A stretch of DNA of 64,000 nucleotides from positions 5,270,001 through 5,334,000 of the forward strand of contig NC_042999.1 of NCBI RefSeq assembly GCF_006345805.1, given 5' to 3'. This DNA is from Octopus sinensis. Lineage: Eukaryota. Below, piece after piece: positions 61,249-64,000 of this stretch (position 1 is its first letter; every line of letters begins with the position of its first letter). Both the position numbers and the translations under genes were made by a program. Below the pieces are notes generated by a model. It had not been told where the DNA came from and made no database searches. It saw nothing but the letters and a program-made list of their open reading frames with translations.

Positions 61249-61647
61249 ATCTTTATATATAAAAGAGAGGTTGTGTGCTGTCTGTCTCCTACGATTTAGA
61301 TTCCTAACTACTCCCACATTTTGCGGTGCAGTTTAACCAAAACCGGGTATCTTATAGTCGTGATTCATATCTAGCCCTTCTGGGTATTAGCGCGCGTCTA
61401 TGATGAGTCTACGATTTAAAAAAAAAATTACCATCAATTTTTCCCATTTTCAATGCATTTTTGGCATATATAAGGGAAGTAACTCTCTAAAAATTTATTA
61501 TTAAATCTCAGAACGTAAAAAGCTACAGTAACACCCCCTCCTTTGTGGTTAGCCATATTGAGATGGCTATTATACTTTACATCTCTAAAAATGCTTATAT
61601 AGTTATTTCCCTTACAAACCCGAGCAACGCCGGGCGATACTGCTTGT
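61249..61647 (-). mobile_element. Helitron/Helentron-like element, different interior
   Basis: Shares the terminus agcagtatcgcccggcgttgctcgggtttgt and a tatatataaagat end with 29879 and 59101. Confidence 0.65.
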
Positions 61648-61776
61648 ATAAAATAAACAAATAAATGCGCCTTTTAAAAGCCTAGCCAGGCTCATGGGCC
61701 CAGTTTCCCGGTTTCAATGGCGTATGTGTTCTCAAGCTGGACGGGACGCCAGTCCATCGCAGTGTTACTCATTTTT

Positions 61777-62170
61777 GTGGATGTGTAGTAAGAAGTTTGC
61801 TTTTCAGTCACATGGTTCTAGGTTCAGTCCCTCTGTGCAGAACCTTGGGCAAGTGTCTTCTAATATATCCTCGGCCCGACCAAAGCCTTGAAATTTAGAT
61901 TTGGTAGACGGAAACCGAAAGCTCGTCGTGTATATATATGTGTGTGTGTGTGCTTCTGTGTATTTGTGTTTCTGTCTGTTTTTGTCCTCCACCCACACCA
62001 CCGCTTGACAAGCAGTGTTGGTGTGCTTATGTCCCCTTAATTTAGCGGTTCGACAGAAACCGATAGAATAAGTAGTAGGCGTAAAAATATAGGCCTTGGG
62101 GTCAATTTGTTCGCTTAAAATCCGATCAAGGTGGTACCCCTATCATGACCGCAGTTAAATGACTGAAACA
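61777..62170 (+). mobile_element. SINE family A (diverged), inserted next to another SINE tail fragment (61675-61775)
   Basis: Family A head, core and tail. Confidence 0.8.
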
Positions 62171-62243
62171 GGTGTGTGTGTGTGTGCGCGCGTTTAACAT
62201 ATCTGTGTATATGAATGTACGTATGCGTTTATGCGTGTGTGTA

Positions 62244-62291
<48 letters not shown>

Positions 62292-62299
62292 TATAAAGG

Positions 62300-62657
62300 G
62301 TAAGGGGGGTAAAGACCCCATTCGGTCACGAATGACCATGGGATTGCACCTAGAAAGTTACCCTCCTAGACACAAGTCCGGGCAAGGTTGTTTATGGAAG
62401 ACCAGCAGTCGCCCATGCATACCAGCCTCCCATCTCCACGCCACCAGTGTAATCCAAGGGAAAGACAAAGGTCGATACAGCTTGGCACCAGTCGATACAG
62501 CTTGGCACGTCGCAACTCATTTCTACAGCTGAGTGAGCTGGAGCAACGTGAAATAAAGTGCCTTGCTCAAGAACACAACACCCAGCCCGGTCCGGGATTC
62601 GAGCTCACAACCTCACGATCGTAAGCTCGACGCTCTAACCACTGAGCCATGCGCCTT
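62300..62657 (-). mobile_element. tRNA-derived SINE, fourth family (V-domain-like centre, tentative)
   Basis: Minus head aggcgcatggctcagtggttagagcgtcg with B box gttgtgagctcgaatcc, and core ttcacgttgctccagctcactcagctgtagaaatgag. Confidence 0.75.
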
Positions 62658-63118
<461 letters not shown>

Positions 63119-63122
<4 letters not shown>

Positions 63123-63398
63123 TAAGCAATAAAGGGTTTAGCAACGAATTGCCTTACCACATACCGAATTTAGAAATAGCAGTCAAAGAGTTATAGCTAT
63201 TTCTTCTACTAAAAAGGGAGATCTCAGTAAAAACAGCAATTGGAAGGCAGACACAAACAGGTAAGTCTGCCTTCCAATTGCTGTTTTTACTGAGATCTCC
63301 CTTTTTAGTAGAAGAAATAGCTATAACTCTTTGACTGCTATTTCTAAATTCGGTATGTGGTAAGGCAATTCGTTGCTAAACCCTTTATTGCTTAGTAT
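63119..63398. repeat. Perfect 134-bp inverted repeat with 12-nt spacer
   Basis: Arms 63119-63252 and 63265-63398 are exact reverse complements. Confidence 0.97.
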
Positions 63399-63506
63399 TA
63401 CTTAAATTTTCCTCGATGAGGCTTTTACATGCCGAAGACTACTTGGTGTAATTGATAATTATTCCAAATTAATTAATTTCACCCTTCATTATACGGATAA
63501 CTATAT

Positions 63507-63549
<43 letters not shown>

Positions 63550-64000
63550 TATATATATTATATTGAGGGTACTACGATTCGTAGATACCAACACGCTAAG
63601 AGGGACCAATGCGGTCAAAACTACTAAAAATAAACAAAATTTTACCGAATGCAAAACTTCAAAACACATCATTTTAAAAAAGAATTCAGTTACATATCAC
63701 ATGTGATTTCGCATTTAAATGCAGAATATGCATTTTATGTTCGTCAGTGCAACAAACTCAAGAAATATAAGAGAAAAACATAACATTACAAGCTCGATAG
63801 CCAACCGTAGAATTCGTCGTAGCATGTCCGAATGTTTATCTTTACATATCTATGAAAATGGCGGGCTTATTCGCAATGCATTTCGGTTACAAATTGTCTA
63901 TTCGGAATAAAAATTCAGTATTGAACTATTCCGGTGAAAAATATAAATTAACAATTGAGGATAAAATCTTTAAAAGAAATTATCAGTAGTCAGCGTGAAA

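Overview
Repeat-rich eukaryotic genomic DNA, most likely a coleoid cephalopod (Octopus-like). This is inferred from the SINE/LINE families and the very dense microsatellites, not proven. The only host gene I can support is an SMCHD1 orthologue on the minus strand: five coding exons (22985 to 149), all with GT-AG boundaries and matching phases, encoding the N-terminal ubiquitin-like region and the start of the GHKL ATPase; the gene continues beyond base 1. Its introns hold decayed RTE/CR1 LINEs, SINEs and MITEs. The remaining ~41 kb has no recognisable host gene. It contains tRNA-derived SINEs, RTE, CR1, R4/Dong-like and HERO-like LINE fragments, a rearranged Gypsy element, hAT, Tc1/pogo and Helitron-like non-autonomous elements, Penelope-like inverted repeats, and a near full-length Tx1/L1-clade LINE with (ATCT)n on both sides. 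The most unusual signals are a hammerhead-ribozyme core in non-canonical strand order in a HERO-like 3'UTR (38880-38991), the microsatellite-embedded Tx1 element, hammerhead-bearing inverted repeats, a perfect 134-bp palindrome, a pre-miRNA-like hairpin in SMCHD1 intron 1, and a CpG-decay footprint confined to the gene body. Repeat boundaries were read by eye and are approximate unless a TSD or TIR is cited.
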